A stretch of 64,000 nt of DNA, taken from contig OZ241869.1 in the NCBI GenBank assembly GCA_965202805.1, forward strand, positions 2,880,001 through 2,944,000, given 5' to 3'. The notes beneath the pieces are model-generated. The model was not told where the DNA came from. It was given only the letters and a program-made list of their open reading frames with translations, and did not search any database. Each line of letters starts with the position of its first letter. The first letter of the stretch is position 1. A program made the position numbers and the translations under genes. This document shows positions 18,671-29,121 of the stretch, one piece after another. The DNA comes from Longimicrobiales bacterium. GTDB taxonomy: Bacteria; Gemmatimonadota; Gemmatimonadetes; Longimicrobiales; Gaopeijiaceae.

Positions 18671-19948
18671 TCAGCCGAAGATGGCTCTCACCCGGTCCAG
18701 CCCCTCGACCAGCCGGTCCACGTCTTCGGTGCCGTTATAGAAGTAGAACGACGCGCGTGAGGTGGCGTGCACGCCGAAGTGCTTCATGACCAGTTGGGCG
18801 CAGTGGTGGCCCGCCCGCACGGCCACCCCTTCCGTGTCCAGGATGGTCGACACGTCGTGGGCGTGGGCATGGTCGAGCAGGAAGGACACCACCCCGCAGC
18901 GCTCGTCGGCGGGCGGCCCGAAAAGGCGGATGCCCCTGACGGTCGCCAGCCGCTCGAGCGCGTACTCGAGCACGGTGCGCTCGTGTTCGGCGAGCGCGGC
19001 GTGCCCGATGCCCGTCAGGTAGTCGGCGGCCGCCCCCATCCCCACCGCGCCGGCCACGTTGGGGGTGCCTGCCTCGAACTTGTGCGGCACCTCGGCCCAG
19101 GTGCTGTAGTCGCGCTCGACCACCGAGATCATCTCGCCGCCGCCCTGGTAGGGCTCCATCCGGTCGAGCAGCTCGCGCCGTCCCCAAAGGACGCCGATTC
19201 CGGTGGGCCCGCACATCTTGTGGCCCGAGGCGGCGTAGAAGTCGCATCCGAGCGCCGCCACGTCGACGGGGAGGTGGGGGGCGCCCTGCGCGCCGTCCAC
19301 GAGCAGGAGGGCGCCGCCGGCGTGGACCTGCTCGGCGATCTCCGCCACCGGGTTGACCGTCCCCAGCGCGTTGGACACGTGGGAGAGCGCCACCATGCGG
19401 GTGCGCGGCGAGAGCAGTCCCGGGAGCTGGTCGAGCCGGAGCCGGCCCTCGTCGTCGAGCTCCAGGTAGCGCAGGCGGGCTCCGGCGCGGGCGGCGGCGA
19501 GCTGCCACGGCACCAGGTTGGAGTGGTGCTCCTGGGTCGACAGCACGATCTCGTCGCCCTCGCCGAGGAAGGTGTGGCCCCAGGCGCTCGCCACCAGGTT
19601 GATCGCCTCGGTGGTGCCGCGCGTCCAGACCACCTCGGAGGCATCGGCGGCGCCCAGGAAGCGGGCCACCTTCCGGCGCGCGCCCTCGTAGGCCTCGGTC
19701 GCCCGGCGCGCCAGCTCGTGGATGCCCCGGTGCACGTTCGCGTGGTCGTGCCGGTAGTAGCGCGCGATGGCATCGATGACCGCGTCGGGCTTCTGGGTGG
19801 AGGCGGCGTTGTCGAGGTAGACCAGCGGCTTGCCGTGGACTTCCTGCCGGAGGGCCGGGAAGTCGCGCCGGGCCGCGGCGGCGAAGGCGTTCGCGCGCGA
19901 ACGCCGGTCGCTGGCGCGGGCCCCGGCCGGCGCCGCCGGGCCGTTCAT
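18671..19948 (-). CDS. sufS: Cysteine desulfurase SufS
   Basis: LVYLDNAASTQKP, ANVHRG, SGHKMCGPTG, FEAGTP, RAGHHCAQ. Confidence 0.95.
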   Translation of the reverse strand: MNGPAAPAGARASDRRSRANAFAAAARRDFPALRQEVHGKPLVYLDNAASTQKPDAVIDAIARYYRHDHANVHRGIHELARRATEAYEGARRKVARFLGAADASEVVWTRGTTEAINLVASAWGHTFLGEGDEIVLSTQEHHSNLVPWQLAAARAGARLRYLELDDEGRLRLDQLPGLLSPRTRMVALSHVSNALGTVNPVAEIAEQVHAGGALLLVDGAQGAPHLPVDVAALGCDFYAASGHKMCGPTGIGVLWGRRELLDRMEPYQGGGEMISVVERDYSTWAEVPHKFEAGTPNVAGAVGMGAAADYLTGIGHAALAEHERTVLEYALERLATVRGIRLFGPPADERCGVVSFLLDHAHAHDVSTILDTEGVAVRAGHHCAQLVMKHFGVHATSRASFYFYNGTEDVDRLVEGLDRVRAIFG

Positions 19949-20271
19949 TTTCCCGCCAGCACGAACACCGCCGAGTCCCTCACCTCGGTCGGGTAGGAGC
20001 GGACCGGCCGGATCGCGGGCAGGCAGCGGGGACGCCCGCTGGCCAGGTCGAAGCGGGCCCCGTGGTACATGCACTCGACCTGGTCGCCCTCCAGCGTCCC
20101 GTCGGAGAGCGGGTAGTCGGCGTGGGAGCAGCGGTCGCGCAACGCGTAGAACGTGCCGTCCACGTTGGCCAGCACCACCGGGGTCTCTCCGGCCATGACC
20201 GCGAGCAGCGATCCCGGAGGGCACGATTCCACATCGGCCACGCAATGCCACTCGGGTTTCTTCCTAAACAC
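19945..20271 (-). CDS. Rieske-type ferredoxin
   Basis: CSH...CMYH Rieske motifs; GTG start at 20271; stop overlaps the sufS start. Confidence 0.88.
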   Translation of the reverse strand: MFRKKPEWHCVADVESCPPGSLLAVMAGETPVVLANVDGTFYALRDRCSHADYPLSDGTLEGDQVECMYHGARFDLASGRPRCLPAIRPVRSYPTEVRDSAVFVLAGK

Positions 20272-20345
20272 CGGCCCTTCCCTCCCCGGGCGCGCGGCCT
20301 CCCTCCCGCAGCGAGGACGCCTTCGCGCCGCCGGCCCTCGGCCTG

Positions 20346-21707
20346 CTAGTGGGCACGGAGCTTCTCCTCGATGGCGCGCGTCACCTTCTCGGTCACGCTT
20401 CCCGGCGGCCGCCGCTGCAGGACGTCCTGAAGGAAGCCACGCACCACCAGGCGTTCCGCCCGCCGGCGCGAGAGTCCGCGGCTCTGAAGGTAGAAGAGGG
20501 CCTCCTCCTCCAGCTGGCCCACCGTGGCCCCGTGGGAACAACGGACATCGTCCGCTTCGATTTCGAGGTTGGGCAGCGCATGCGCCGAAGCCTCTTCCGA
20601 GAGCAGGAGGTTGCGGTTGGTCTGGTATGCGTCGGTGCGCTGGGCGCCGGGAGAGACCCGGATGATGCCGCGGAACACCGACCCGGAGGCGTCGTCGAGC
20701 GCTCCCTTGTAGAGCAGATCGCTGGTGGCGTGGGGGGCCGCGTGGTTCTGGCTGGTGCAGTGGTCGAAGTGCTGGTTCTCGTTGCCGAAATAGAGCCCCA
20801 GGATGTGGCTGTGCGCCCCGGGCGCGGCCAGCTCCGAGTTCAGATCCAGCCGCGCGGTGCTCGCCCCCAGGGTCACGTGCAGCGAATCCGTGCGCGCGTC
20901 GCGCCCGACCAGCGAGCGGTAGAGCGCCATGTGAAACGCGCCGAGTCCCATTCTCTGCACGGAAGCGTAATGGGTGGTGCTGTTGTCCCCGCCCAGCACT
21001 TCCGTCGCGGACAGGAAAAAGGCCTGCTCGTCAAAGCTCGGCGAGAGGATCTCCTCCACGACCGAAAGCGTGGATCCACTCTCGCCCACCACCAGGGTGC
21101 GGGTGAAGTATGCGGCCGCCGGATCCGACACCCAGCGGGTGATGCGCACGGGCAGCGGCAGAGTGAGGTTGCGCGGCACGAACAGCACGGCGCCATCGGT
21201 CCAGAGCGCAGCGTTGAGCGCCGAAAACTTCCCCTGGTCCGGGGGGATCGCCTCGACCGCCAGGTGCTCGCGCAGCAGGTCCTCGTGGCTGGCGACCGCA
21301 TCCGCGAGCGACATCAGCACCACGCCCTGGGCCGCCAGTTCGGGCAGGAGGTCGGTGTGCACCACCCGGCCGTCGATCTCGACGATGTGCCCGGCAGCGT
21401 CCCAGTCCTGGCGCATGGCCTGGCGCAGCTCGGGAGGCCAGTCGTCGGCGGAGATCGGGGTTCCGGGGGCGGCGGGACGCAGGGCGTCCAGGCCGAGGGT
21501 GCGCGACAGGTCGGTGTAGCGCCACTCCTCGAGCCGGGTCGTGGGCAGAGGCATCCGCTCGTAGGCCTCCCAGGCCCGCCAGCGCCGTGCGGCCAGCCAG
21601 TCCGGCTCGCCCGCGGCCAGGCGCTCCACGGCCGCCGCGTTGATGGTCGCCGTCACTCCTTCCAGCGGCCCCGCGGCGGGAGCCTGTAATGTCGATGTCC
21701 GGGACAT
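20346..21707 (-). CDS. sufD: Fe-S cluster assembly protein SufD
   Basis: EEWRYT, SVFRGII, TDAYQTNRNLLLS, PNLEIEADDVRCSHGAT, FYLQSRG. Confidence 0.93.
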   Translation of the reverse strand: MSRTSTLQAPAAGPLEGVTATINAAAVERLAAGEPDWLAARRWRAWEAYERMPLPTTRLEEWRYTDLSRTLGLDALRPAAPGTPISADDWPPELRQAMRQDWDAAGHIVEIDGRVVHTDLLPELAAQGVVLMSLADAVASHEDLLREHLAVEAIPPDQGKFSALNAALWTDGAVLFVPRNLTLPLPVRITRWVSDPAAAYFTRTLVVGESGSTLSVVEEILSPSFDEQAFFLSATEVLGGDNSTTHYASVQRMGLGAFHMALYRSLVGRDARTDSLHVTLGASTARLDLNSELAAPGAHSHILGLYFGNENQHFDHCTSQNHAAPHATSDLLYKGALDDASGSVFRGIIRVSPGAQRTDAYQTNRNLLLSEEASAHALPNLEIEADDVRCSHGATVGQLEEEALFYLQSRGLSRRRAERLVVRGFLQDVLQRRPPGSVTEKVTRAIEEKLRAH

Positions 21708-21773
21708 GCCGTGGCTTCTATGCTCAGCGCCCGCGGGCGGACGCGGATGTGCGTGTGATCCTGACGCTCCCCT

Positions 21774-23189
21774 CTATCCTACCGACCCCTCCATCTCCAG
21801 CTCGATCAGCCGGTTCAACTCCACCGCGTACTCGAGGGGCAGCTGGCGGGCGATGGGCTCGATGAAGCCGCGCACGATCAGCGCCATGGCCTCCTCTTCC
21901 GGCATCCCCCGGCTCATCAGGTAGAAGAGCTGCTCCTCCCCCACCTTGGAGACGCGGGCCTCGTGCCCGACCGTGGACTGGTTCTCGTCGATCTCGATGT
22001 AGGGATAGGTGTCGGTGCGCGCCGCCTCGTCGATGAGAAGGGCATCGCATTCCACGTTCGACCTGGCGTCCGTGGATCCCTCGTAGACCTTGCACAGCCC
22101 CCGGTAGCTCGCCCGTCCGCTCCCCTTGGAGATGGACTTGGAGACGATCGACGAGCTCGTGCGGGGCGCCGCGTGCACGACCTTGCCGCCGGTGTCCTGG
22201 TGCTGGCCGTTGCCCGCGTAGGCGATCGACAGGATCGAGCCGTGCGCCCTCTCGCCCACCAGGAAGCAGGACGGATACTTCATGGTGAGCTTGGATCCGA
22301 GATTCCCGTCGAGCCATTCCATGGTCGCGTTCTCGTGCACCAGCGAGCGCTGGGTCACGAGGTTGTACATGTTGTTGGACCAGTTCTGAATGGTGGTGTA
22401 GCGGAAGTGCGCGCCGGGCTTGACCACGATCTCGATCACGCCGGAGTGGAAGGACTCGGTCGAGTAGACCGGGGCGGTGCAGCCCTCGATGTAGTGCGCG
22501 CGCGAGCCCTCGTCGGCGATGATGAGGGTGCGCTCGAACTGCCCCATCTGCTCCTGGTTCACTCGGAAATACGCCTGCAGCGGGGTCTCGAGCTCGACGC
22601 CGGGCGGGATGTAGACGAAGGATCCCCCGGACCACACGGCCGAGTTCATGGCCGCGAACTTGTTGTCGCCGGGGGGCACCACGGTTGCGAAGTGCTCGCG
22701 GAAGAGCTCCGGGTGGTTGCGCAGTCCGTCCTCGATGGAGTCGAAGATGACGCCCTGGGCCTCCCACTCCTCCTTGAGGGAATGGTAGACCATCTCCGAT
22801 TCGTACTGGGCGCCGACCCCGGCCAGGATGTCGCGCTCCGCCTCGGGGATGCCCAGTCGGTCGAAGGTCTCCTTGATGTTCGCCGGGACGTCGTCCCACG
22901 ATCGCTCCATGCGCTCCTGGGGGCGCACGTAGAAGAAGATTTCTCCCAGCACCGACTCCAGTTGGGATAGGTCGCCGCCCCAGGTGGGCATCGGCTTGGC
23001 GTTGTAGATGCCGAGCGACTTGAGGCGGAAGTCGAGCATCCACTCCGGCTCGCCCTTCTGCGCCGAGATCTCGCGCACGACCTTCTCGTTCAGGCCGCGC
23101 CCGCTGCGGAAGACGGGTTCGTCCTCGGTGATGAAGTGGTATTTGTAGTCGTCGAGCCCGATGTCCTGGACGGCTTCGTTTGTGGGCAT
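21774..23189 (-). CDS. sufB: Fe-S cluster assembly protein SufB
   Basis: [55 protein letters not shown]. Confidence 0.96.
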   Translation of the reverse strand: MPTNEAVQDIGLDDYKYHFITEDEPVFRSGRGLNEKVVREISAQKGEPEWMLDFRLKSLGIYNAKPMPTWGGDLSQLESVLGEIFFYVRPQERMERSWDDVPANIKETFDRLGIPEAERDILAGVGAQYESEMVYHSLKEEWEAQGVIFDSIEDGLRNHPELFREHFATVVPPGDNKFAAMNSAVWSGGSFVYIPPGVELETPLQAYFRVNQEQMGQFERTLIIADEGSRAHYIEGCTAPVYSTESFHSGVIEIVVKPGAHFRYTTIQNWSNNMYNLVTQRSLVHENATMEWLDGNLGSKLTMKYPSCFLVGERAHGSILSIAYAGNGQHQDTGGKVVHAAPRTSSSIVSKSISKGSGRASYRGLCKVYEGSTDARSNVECDALLIDEAARTDTYPYIEIDENQSTVGHEARVSKVGEEQLFYLMSRGMPEEEAMALIVRGFIEPIARQLPLEYAVELNRLIELEMEGSVG

Positions 23190-23217
23190 TTTGACCTCGC
23201 GGGTTGGCCGTTCGCCG

Positions 23218-24003
<786 letters not shown>

Positions 24004-24092
24004 TGCTGTCGATGATCGGGGATGCCGGCCCGCGCAGGGGCGGGAGCCCATGGGTGGGAGAAGACTGAGGGCTCCCGTTGGAGCCCTGTAAT

Positions 24093-24107
24093 CAAGAATG
24101 ATTCTCG
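24093..24107. promoter_or_regulatory. Fur/iron-box-like palindrome upstream of the suf operon
   Basis: AGAAT-G-ATTCT perfect inverted repeat (24095-24105) in an AT-rich patch about 90 bp upstream of sufC. Confidence 0.55.
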
Positions 24108-24267
24108 GTTTCAGGAATCTAGAATTGGCCGTCCGAAGGGTCAAGCAGATGACGCCGTGCCGCAGTGTCGCGATGCAGGATCGTTACCGGAGGCCGGCGC
24201 CCGGGCGAGGCCTCGTCCGAAGGGGCCTGTGCGAGGGGGCCTGTGCGAGGGGGCTGGCTGGTGCGGC

Positions 24268-25263
24268 TCAGCCGGTCTGCAGGCGCGCGATCTCGGCTTC
24301 CGCCGCGATATGGCCGAAGCCGGCCCAGCCCGAGCCCTCGAGGATGCGGCGGTACATTTCTGCCGCCTGCTCCTCGCGCCCGTTGTAGAGGTGCCAGGTC
24401 GCCACGCCGTAGGCGATAGCCACGCCGGACGGGTCGTCCTGCTCCGGATCCCACAGTTCGTCGGCTTCGATCTCGCCCTTGTACATCAGCAGGAGTTGGT
24501 GGTAGGAGGTGTTTTCGATCACGTCGAGGCCCGCGGTCACGGGCTCGAGGACGGCCGCGGCCTCTTCGTCGCGACCCAGGCGGCGGAGCGCCATGTACCA
24601 CCAGTGCGAGATCGCGACCAGCTGGTCCGGGTTGTCGGTGACGGCGATGTAGTCCTCGTAGGCCGGGACGGCGGCCTCGAAGTCGCCCTTCAGGTAGTGC
24701 GCCAGCGCCAGGTGGTAGTGGATGTTGGACTGGAGGGTGCTGGTGGGGATGCCGCGTTCGTTGGGCTGGCCGTCCGGCTCCACCTCGTCGGGCTCGCCTT
24801 CCTCCAGGGCGGCTGCATGGGAGAGGTCGTCGATGGCCCGGTCGAATTCGCGCACGCTGATCCAGCGATGGCCCCGGTGGCGATACATGCGGGCGTCCGC
24901 GGGGTGCTTTTCGATCCCTTCGCTGAAGACGTCGATGGCCTCCCGATAGAGCCCCGTGTAGCCGATGCGGCGGCCCAGCCAGATGATGGCGTCGGCGTCG
25001 TTCGGGTCGGCTTCGTAGTCGGCGCGGGCCGCATCGATGTCCGCGGCCTGCTGCGCCGCGATGTCGGGCGGCGCCGGGTTGGGGTACAGGGGCTCGCCGA
25101 GGAGGGAGATGGCCTGGGCGCCTTCGGGGAGCGGGCGGGACGCTTCGGCGGCGGGGTCGTCCGGCGGGGCGTTCCCGGGGTCGGGGGCGTCCCGGGTGCA
25201 GCCGGAGAGGGCCGGTAGCGCGAGGAGAACGCCGATGCCGGCGAGAGGTCGATGGTGCTTCAT
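24268..25263 (-). CDS. TPR-repeat lipoprotein
   Basis: Lipobox LSGC; TPR-like helices (YREAIDVFSEGI, FDRAIDDL, YHLALAHYLKGDFEAA). Confidence 0.82.
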   Translation of the reverse strand: MKHHRPLAGIGVLLALPALSGCTRDAPDPGNAPPDDPAAEASRPLPEGAQAISLLGEPLYPNPAPPDIAAQQAADIDAARADYEADPNDADAIIWLGRRIGYTGLYREAIDVFSEGIEKHPADARMYRHRGHRWISVREFDRAIDDLSHAAALEEGEPDEVEPDGQPNERGIPTSTLQSNIHYHLALAHYLKGDFEAAVPAYEDYIAVTDNPDQLVAISHWWYMALRRLGRDEEAAAVLEPVTAGLDVIENTSYHQLLLMYKGEIEADELWDPEQDDPSGVAIAYGVATWHLYNGREEQAAEMYRRILEGSGWAGFGHIAAEAEIARLQTG

Positions 25264-25279
25264 GGCGCTGTCCTGGTGA

Positions 25280-26503
25280 TCAAGAGTGATGTGTTGTGGA
25301 GAGGTCGCGGAGCGCTTCCGCGAGCGTCTCGATTTCGGCGCGGGTGTTGTAGTAGTGGGGAGAGACGCGCAGGGTGCTCTCGACGCCCTTGGCGTCCAGG
25401 TCGATCAGGGCGTAGTCGTGCGGCGTGGCGGAGGTGTTGATGCCCCGCTCGCGCAGCGCGGGGACGAGCGCGGCGGGGTCGCGGCCCGCCAGGTGCACCG
25501 AGACGATGGCGGAGCGGACCCGCCCCTGGTCCAGGACCGTCACGCCGTCCAGCGCGCCCAGGGTGTCGCGCGCGAAATCCGCCAGAGCCCACGCGCGCTC
25601 GCGGATGTTGTCGAGTCCCAGCCGGTTCGCGTAGCGCACCGCTTCGCCGGTCGCCAGCACCAGCGCGTAGGCGAACTCCCAGTTCTCGAACCGGGTGGCG
25701 TCCGGGGCCGGCTGGTAGAGGTCCGTGTCGATCCAGTGGGCGCCCCGCAGGTCCGGCAGCAGGGGTTCGAGGTCCATGTCCAGGACGCGGTCGGAGACGT
25801 AGAGGAAGCCCGCCCCGCGCGGGCCGCGCAGGAACTTGCGGGCGGTGGCCGAGAGGAAGTCGCAGCCGATGGCGCGCGCGTCCACCGGCATCTGGCCCAC
25901 CGACTGGCAGGCGTCGACCAGGTAGAGGACGCCGCGCTCGCGGCAGGCCTGCCCCACCTCCTCGACCGCCTGCACCAGCCCGGAGCTGGTGGGCACGTGG
26001 GTGAGCGCAACCAGGCGCGCGCCCCGCCGGTGGATGATGCGCGCCACCGCGGCCGGGTCGACGCCTCCCTCGGGCAGGTCGGGCGCCCGCACCACCTCCA
26101 CCCCCAGGCGGGCCTGCAGGGACAGGTAGGCGATCTGGTTGGAGACGTAGTCGTTGGTGCTGGTGACCAGCACGTCCCCCCGCTGGAAGGGGATGCACGA
26201 GAGCGCCTGGTTGAAGGCCGCGGTGGCGTTCTCCATGAAGGCGATGTTGGCGGGCGCCACCCCGAGCAGCCCGGCGACCGCGTCGTAGGCGGCGGCGACC
26301 CGGTCGGCGCGCGCATCGGCGGCCTCGTAGCCGCCGATGCGGGCCTCGAGTTCCAGGTGGTCGCGAGCGGCACGCAACGCGGGCGCCGGCATGAGGCCGG
26401 CGCCCGCGTTGTTCAGGTGGACCCGCTCCCGGCAGCCGGGGGTGTCCGCGCGCAGCCGGCCGATGTCAAGGGCCGGGTGGTGTTCCGGGGCACCGGACAT
26501 CAT
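25280..26503 (-). CDS. Class V PLP-dependent aminotransferase / C-S lyase-like
   Basis: HLNNAGAGL, DACQSVGQ, SATARKFLRGPRG, LRVSPHYYN; lacks the SufS RxGHHC motif. Confidence 0.88.
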   Translation of the reverse strand: MMSGAPEHHPALDIGRLRADTPGCRERVHLNNAGAGLMPAPALRAARDHLELEARIGGYEAADARADRVAAAYDAVAGLLGVAPANIAFMENATAAFNQALSCIPFQRGDVLVTSTNDYVSNQIAYLSLQARLGVEVVRAPDLPEGGVDPAAVARIIHRRGARLVALTHVPTSSGLVQAVEEVGQACRERGVLYLVDACQSVGQMPVDARAIGCDFLSATARKFLRGPRGAGFLYVSDRVLDMDLEPLLPDLRGAHWIDTDLYQPAPDATRFENWEFAYALVLATGEAVRYANRLGLDNIRERAWALADFARDTLGALDGVTVLDQGRVRSAIVSVHLAGRDPAALVPALRERGINTSATPHDYALIDLDAKGVESTLRVSPHYYNTRAEIETLAEALRDLSTTHHS

Positions 26504-26611
26504 CGCGCGCGGTGCTGCCACGTGCGCGGAGCCATCGGTGGACCTGGCTGGCCGGAGGGCCTCCTGCGCTCGCGCACGCGACCGTCGCTTCCGGTGCAGT
26601 TGCGCGGCGCC

Positions 26612-28258
26612 CTACCGGCTGGACTCGTCCGAGACCGCCGCCCGCTCGGCCTTCGCCTGCCGCACCATCTCCCTCACGTCCTCCAGCAGCTGCTGGGCGT
26701 CGTAGATGATGCCGTCCTTGATCGTGTACTTGATTCCCCCGACGCGCCCGGGCACTCCGGTTTCGTCGTCCAGCTTGGGCGCGCCGTTGCCGTACAGCAC
26801 CTTGAGGTTCTCGAGCGGGTTCTCGTCGACAAGCACCAGGTCGGCGCGCCTGTTCGGGCGGATGATGCCGAAATCGGGGGGCGCGTCGTCGTACTTGGTG
26901 AGCATCCGCGCCGGGTACAGGGTCGCGGAGCGGATGACCTCGACGGGATGGAAGCCCGCCTCGCGCAGCAGCTCGAACTCGCGAATGTAGTCGAAGCCGT
27001 AGAGCTTGTAGATGAAGCCCGAGTCCGAGCCCGTGGTCACGATCCCGCCCGCGTTCTTGTAATCGTTCAGGAAGTGCATCCACTTCTGGTAGAACCTGCG
27101 CCAGTGGTACTCGTCCTCGGTGGTCCAGTAGAACCAGTAGGAGCCGTGCGCCACCCGGCTGGGCTGGTAGAACTCTTCCTGCGACGGAAGCGTGTACTCG
27201 TCGTGGTAGTCCGCTTCGCGGGCGCGCATGACGTCGCGGCTGGCCTCGTAGATGGTCATCGTCGGGTCGAGCCCGAAGCCCAGCTCCAGGAACTCGTCGA
27301 TGAGCTGTTCCCACTGTTCGCTGCCCGGTTCGGCGGCCTGATACCAGAGCCGCCCCACGTTGCCGAAGCGGTGCTGCTCGTCGTTGTAGTTGTAGTCGAG
27401 GGGCCAGTCCTGGACCGAATAGTCGGTGAGCATGGACTCCATGAGGCCGTAGTAATGCGTCATCATGTCCAGTCCGGCGCGCGCCGCCTCGACCGCCGTC
27501 ATGCGCGCCATGCCCATCTGGTCGAGGTGGGCGACGGTCTCCAGGTCGAAGCGATGCGCCTCATCGATGAGCGCGGCCATGATCTCGGGGTCGTAGGCGC
27601 CCAGCTTGAGGCCGTCGATGGTCTGGCCCTCGATTTCCTGGGACGCCGCCCAGCGCACCCACTCGCGTGCATCTTCGGGAGTGATGATCAGGCGTCCGCC
27701 CCAGCCCAGGCCGCTCCCTGGGCGCGCGTACGAGTACATGTGGGGCGCGACGATGGTGTTTTGGGCCGCCAGCGCCTTCTCGCGCAGCTGCCACTCGAAG
27801 TTCCCGTGGGGCACGCCGCGGGACGTGGTGATCCCGTGCCCCAGCCAGAGCTTGTAGACGTATTCGCCCTGCGGGGCCTTGGGAACGCCCCCCGTGTGCG
27901 CGTGCATGTCCACGAAGCCGGGGAGCAGGAACATCCCCTCGCCATCGATCTCGTGGTCGCCCGCCTCCGGGCGGCGCTGCTCGTTGATGTCAACCAGCGG
28001 GTAGCCCACCGACGCCACCTCGACGATGCGGTCGTTCTCGATAACCACGTCCATGGGCCCCCGCGGCGGCGAGCCGGTGCCGTCGATGACGGTCACGCCG
28101 CGGATGACCAGGCGATCGAAGGGGCCCTCGCCCTCGTCGGCGCCGCGGGGGGTGGTGGGCTCCATCTGAGCCTGGGTGGGGGCGGGGAGCAGGATCGCGG
28201 CAAGGACGCAGGTCACCAGAATGGGCAGAACGCCTCGGGATGTCTGAGGGCGGGGCAT
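26612..28258 (-). CDS. Secreted metal-dependent amidohydrolase
   Basis: Signal peptide; LPGFVDMHAH, GSDSG, ADLVLVDENPL. Confidence 0.88.
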   Translation of the reverse strand: MPRPQTSRGVLPILVTCVLAAILLPAPTQAQMEPTTPRGADEGEGPFDRLVIRGVTVIDGTGSPPRGPMDVVIENDRIVEVASVGYPLVDINEQRRPEAGDHEIDGEGMFLLPGFVDMHAHTGGVPKAPQGEYVYKLWLGHGITTSRGVPHGNFEWQLREKALAAQNTIVAPHMYSYARPGSGLGWGGRLIITPEDAREWVRWAASQEIEGQTIDGLKLGAYDPEIMAALIDEAHRFDLETVAHLDQMGMARMTAVEAARAGLDMMTHYYGLMESMLTDYSVQDWPLDYNYNDEQHRFGNVGRLWYQAAEPGSEQWEQLIDEFLELGFGLDPTMTIYEASRDVMRAREADYHDEYTLPSQEEFYQPSRVAHGSYWFYWTTEDEYHWRRFYQKWMHFLNDYKNAGGIVTTGSDSGFIYKLYGFDYIREFELLREAGFHPVEVIRSATLYPARMLTKYDDAPPDFGIIRPNRRADLVLVDENPLENLKVLYGNGAPKLDDETGVPGRVGGIKYTIKDGIIYDAQQLLEDVREMVRQAKAERAAVSDESSR

Positions 28259-28386
28259 GGGTCCTCCGGGATGAACGGATCGGGCGTGATTGGGGAAATC
28301 TAGGCGAAGCGGGGCAGAGGGGCGAACGGCTACCCCTGCGCGGGTCGCGACGCGATGGACGCGGATCCCCGGTGACATGGGCGCGA

Positions 28387-28812
28387 TCAATCGGCGTGGC
28401 GCGCGACCCAGGCCTCCGGAGTGACCGCGCCTGCCCGGTCGACCAGTTCCTCGTCCCATGAGACGATCTCACCGCCCACCGCCTCCGCGACAGCGGCGTA
28501 GAGGGCATCGCCGGAGCGAAGAAACCGACGGGTGCCGACCGCCACGGCCCGCCGGACCATGCGCCGGGTCAGCGAGTGCCAGGTGATCATTGGGAAGTCC
28601 AGTGCCTGGCGCGCAATCAGGCGGCCCCGCCCGGTGTCGCGCAGGCGCCGGGACAGCGCGCACGCAACCTCGATCTCGGCGTACTCGGGGAGTGCGATCG
28701 GGTGCCGACGTGCACCGACGGCCCCGAGGAAGGCACGCGACGCATCCGACCGCACCTCTGTGGGATCCAGGGCCGACACCCAGACATTGGCGTCAACGAC
28801 CAGAGGTCTCAC
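28387..28812 (-). CDS. vapC: VapC-family PIN-domain ribonuclease toxin
   Basis: GTG start overlaps the antitoxin stop (GTGA); PIN acidic residues VVDAN, EIEV, GDALY, SWDE. Confidence 0.88.
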   Translation of the reverse strand: MRPLVVDANVWVSALDPTEVRSDASRAFLGAVGARRHPIALPEYAEIEVACALSRRLRDTGRGRLIARQALDFPMITWHSLTRRMVRRAVAVGTRRFLRSGDALYAAVAEAVGGEIVSWDEELVDRAGAVTPEAWVARHAD

Positions 28813-29075
28813 AGAGGTTCGAGCCGGTTCCGGTCGGATTGCAGATGTTCCAACGCGGTGGGCCCCGGTGGAGCGCTCCTCATCGCTTCGTCCGCCGCTC
28901 GGAACCAGGAGTGGGGCCAATCCGTCCGGTTCGATTCATCTGTCCTCGGCTCTTCCTCGCTGAGCCAGCGCTGGTAGAGCCGCGTGGTCACTTCGCGGAT
29001 GGTAAGCCCTCTCAGGGCGGCCTCCGCCTTGACCCTTCGGTACAGGTCGTCCGGGATGTTGATGGTCGCCTTCAT
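28809..29075 (-). CDS. Ribbon-helix-helix antitoxin (VapB-like)
   Basis: MKATINIPDDLYRRVKAEAALRGLTIRE, directly upstream of the PIN toxin. Confidence 0.85.
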   Translation of the reverse strand: MKATINIPDDLYRRVKAEAALRGLTIREVTTRLYQRWLSEEEPRTDESNRTDWPHSWFRAADEAMRSAPPGPTALEHLQSDRNRLEPL

Positions 29076-29081
29076 GTGACC

Positions 29082-29110
29082 ATGCTAGCTGTATTGCCGT
29101 ATCGCCGCAA
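29082..29110 (-). promoter_or_regulatory. Sigma70-type promoter of the TA operon (leaderless) with a direct-repeat operator candidate
   Basis: Minus strand TTGCGG-N17-TAGCAT, 6 nt before the antitoxin ATG; spacer contains ATACGGC-A-ATACAGC. Confidence 0.65.
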
Positions 29111-29121
29111 GAACGGTCGCC

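Noticed and set aside
24222..24254. 14-bp tandem repeat GGGGCCTGTGCGAG downstream of the TPR gene
   Set aside because: Only two copies in GC-rich DNA; no evidence of function.
25280..26503. Second SufS
   Set aside because: Lacks the catalytic RxGHHC loop; kept as a generic class V PLP enzyme.
25286..28303. Very long alternative-frame ORFs (also 57476-60601, 10122-12725 and the first 952 codons of 9854-13720)
   Set aside because: Antisense or shifted shadows of well-supported genes, expected at high GC; no recognisable motifs.
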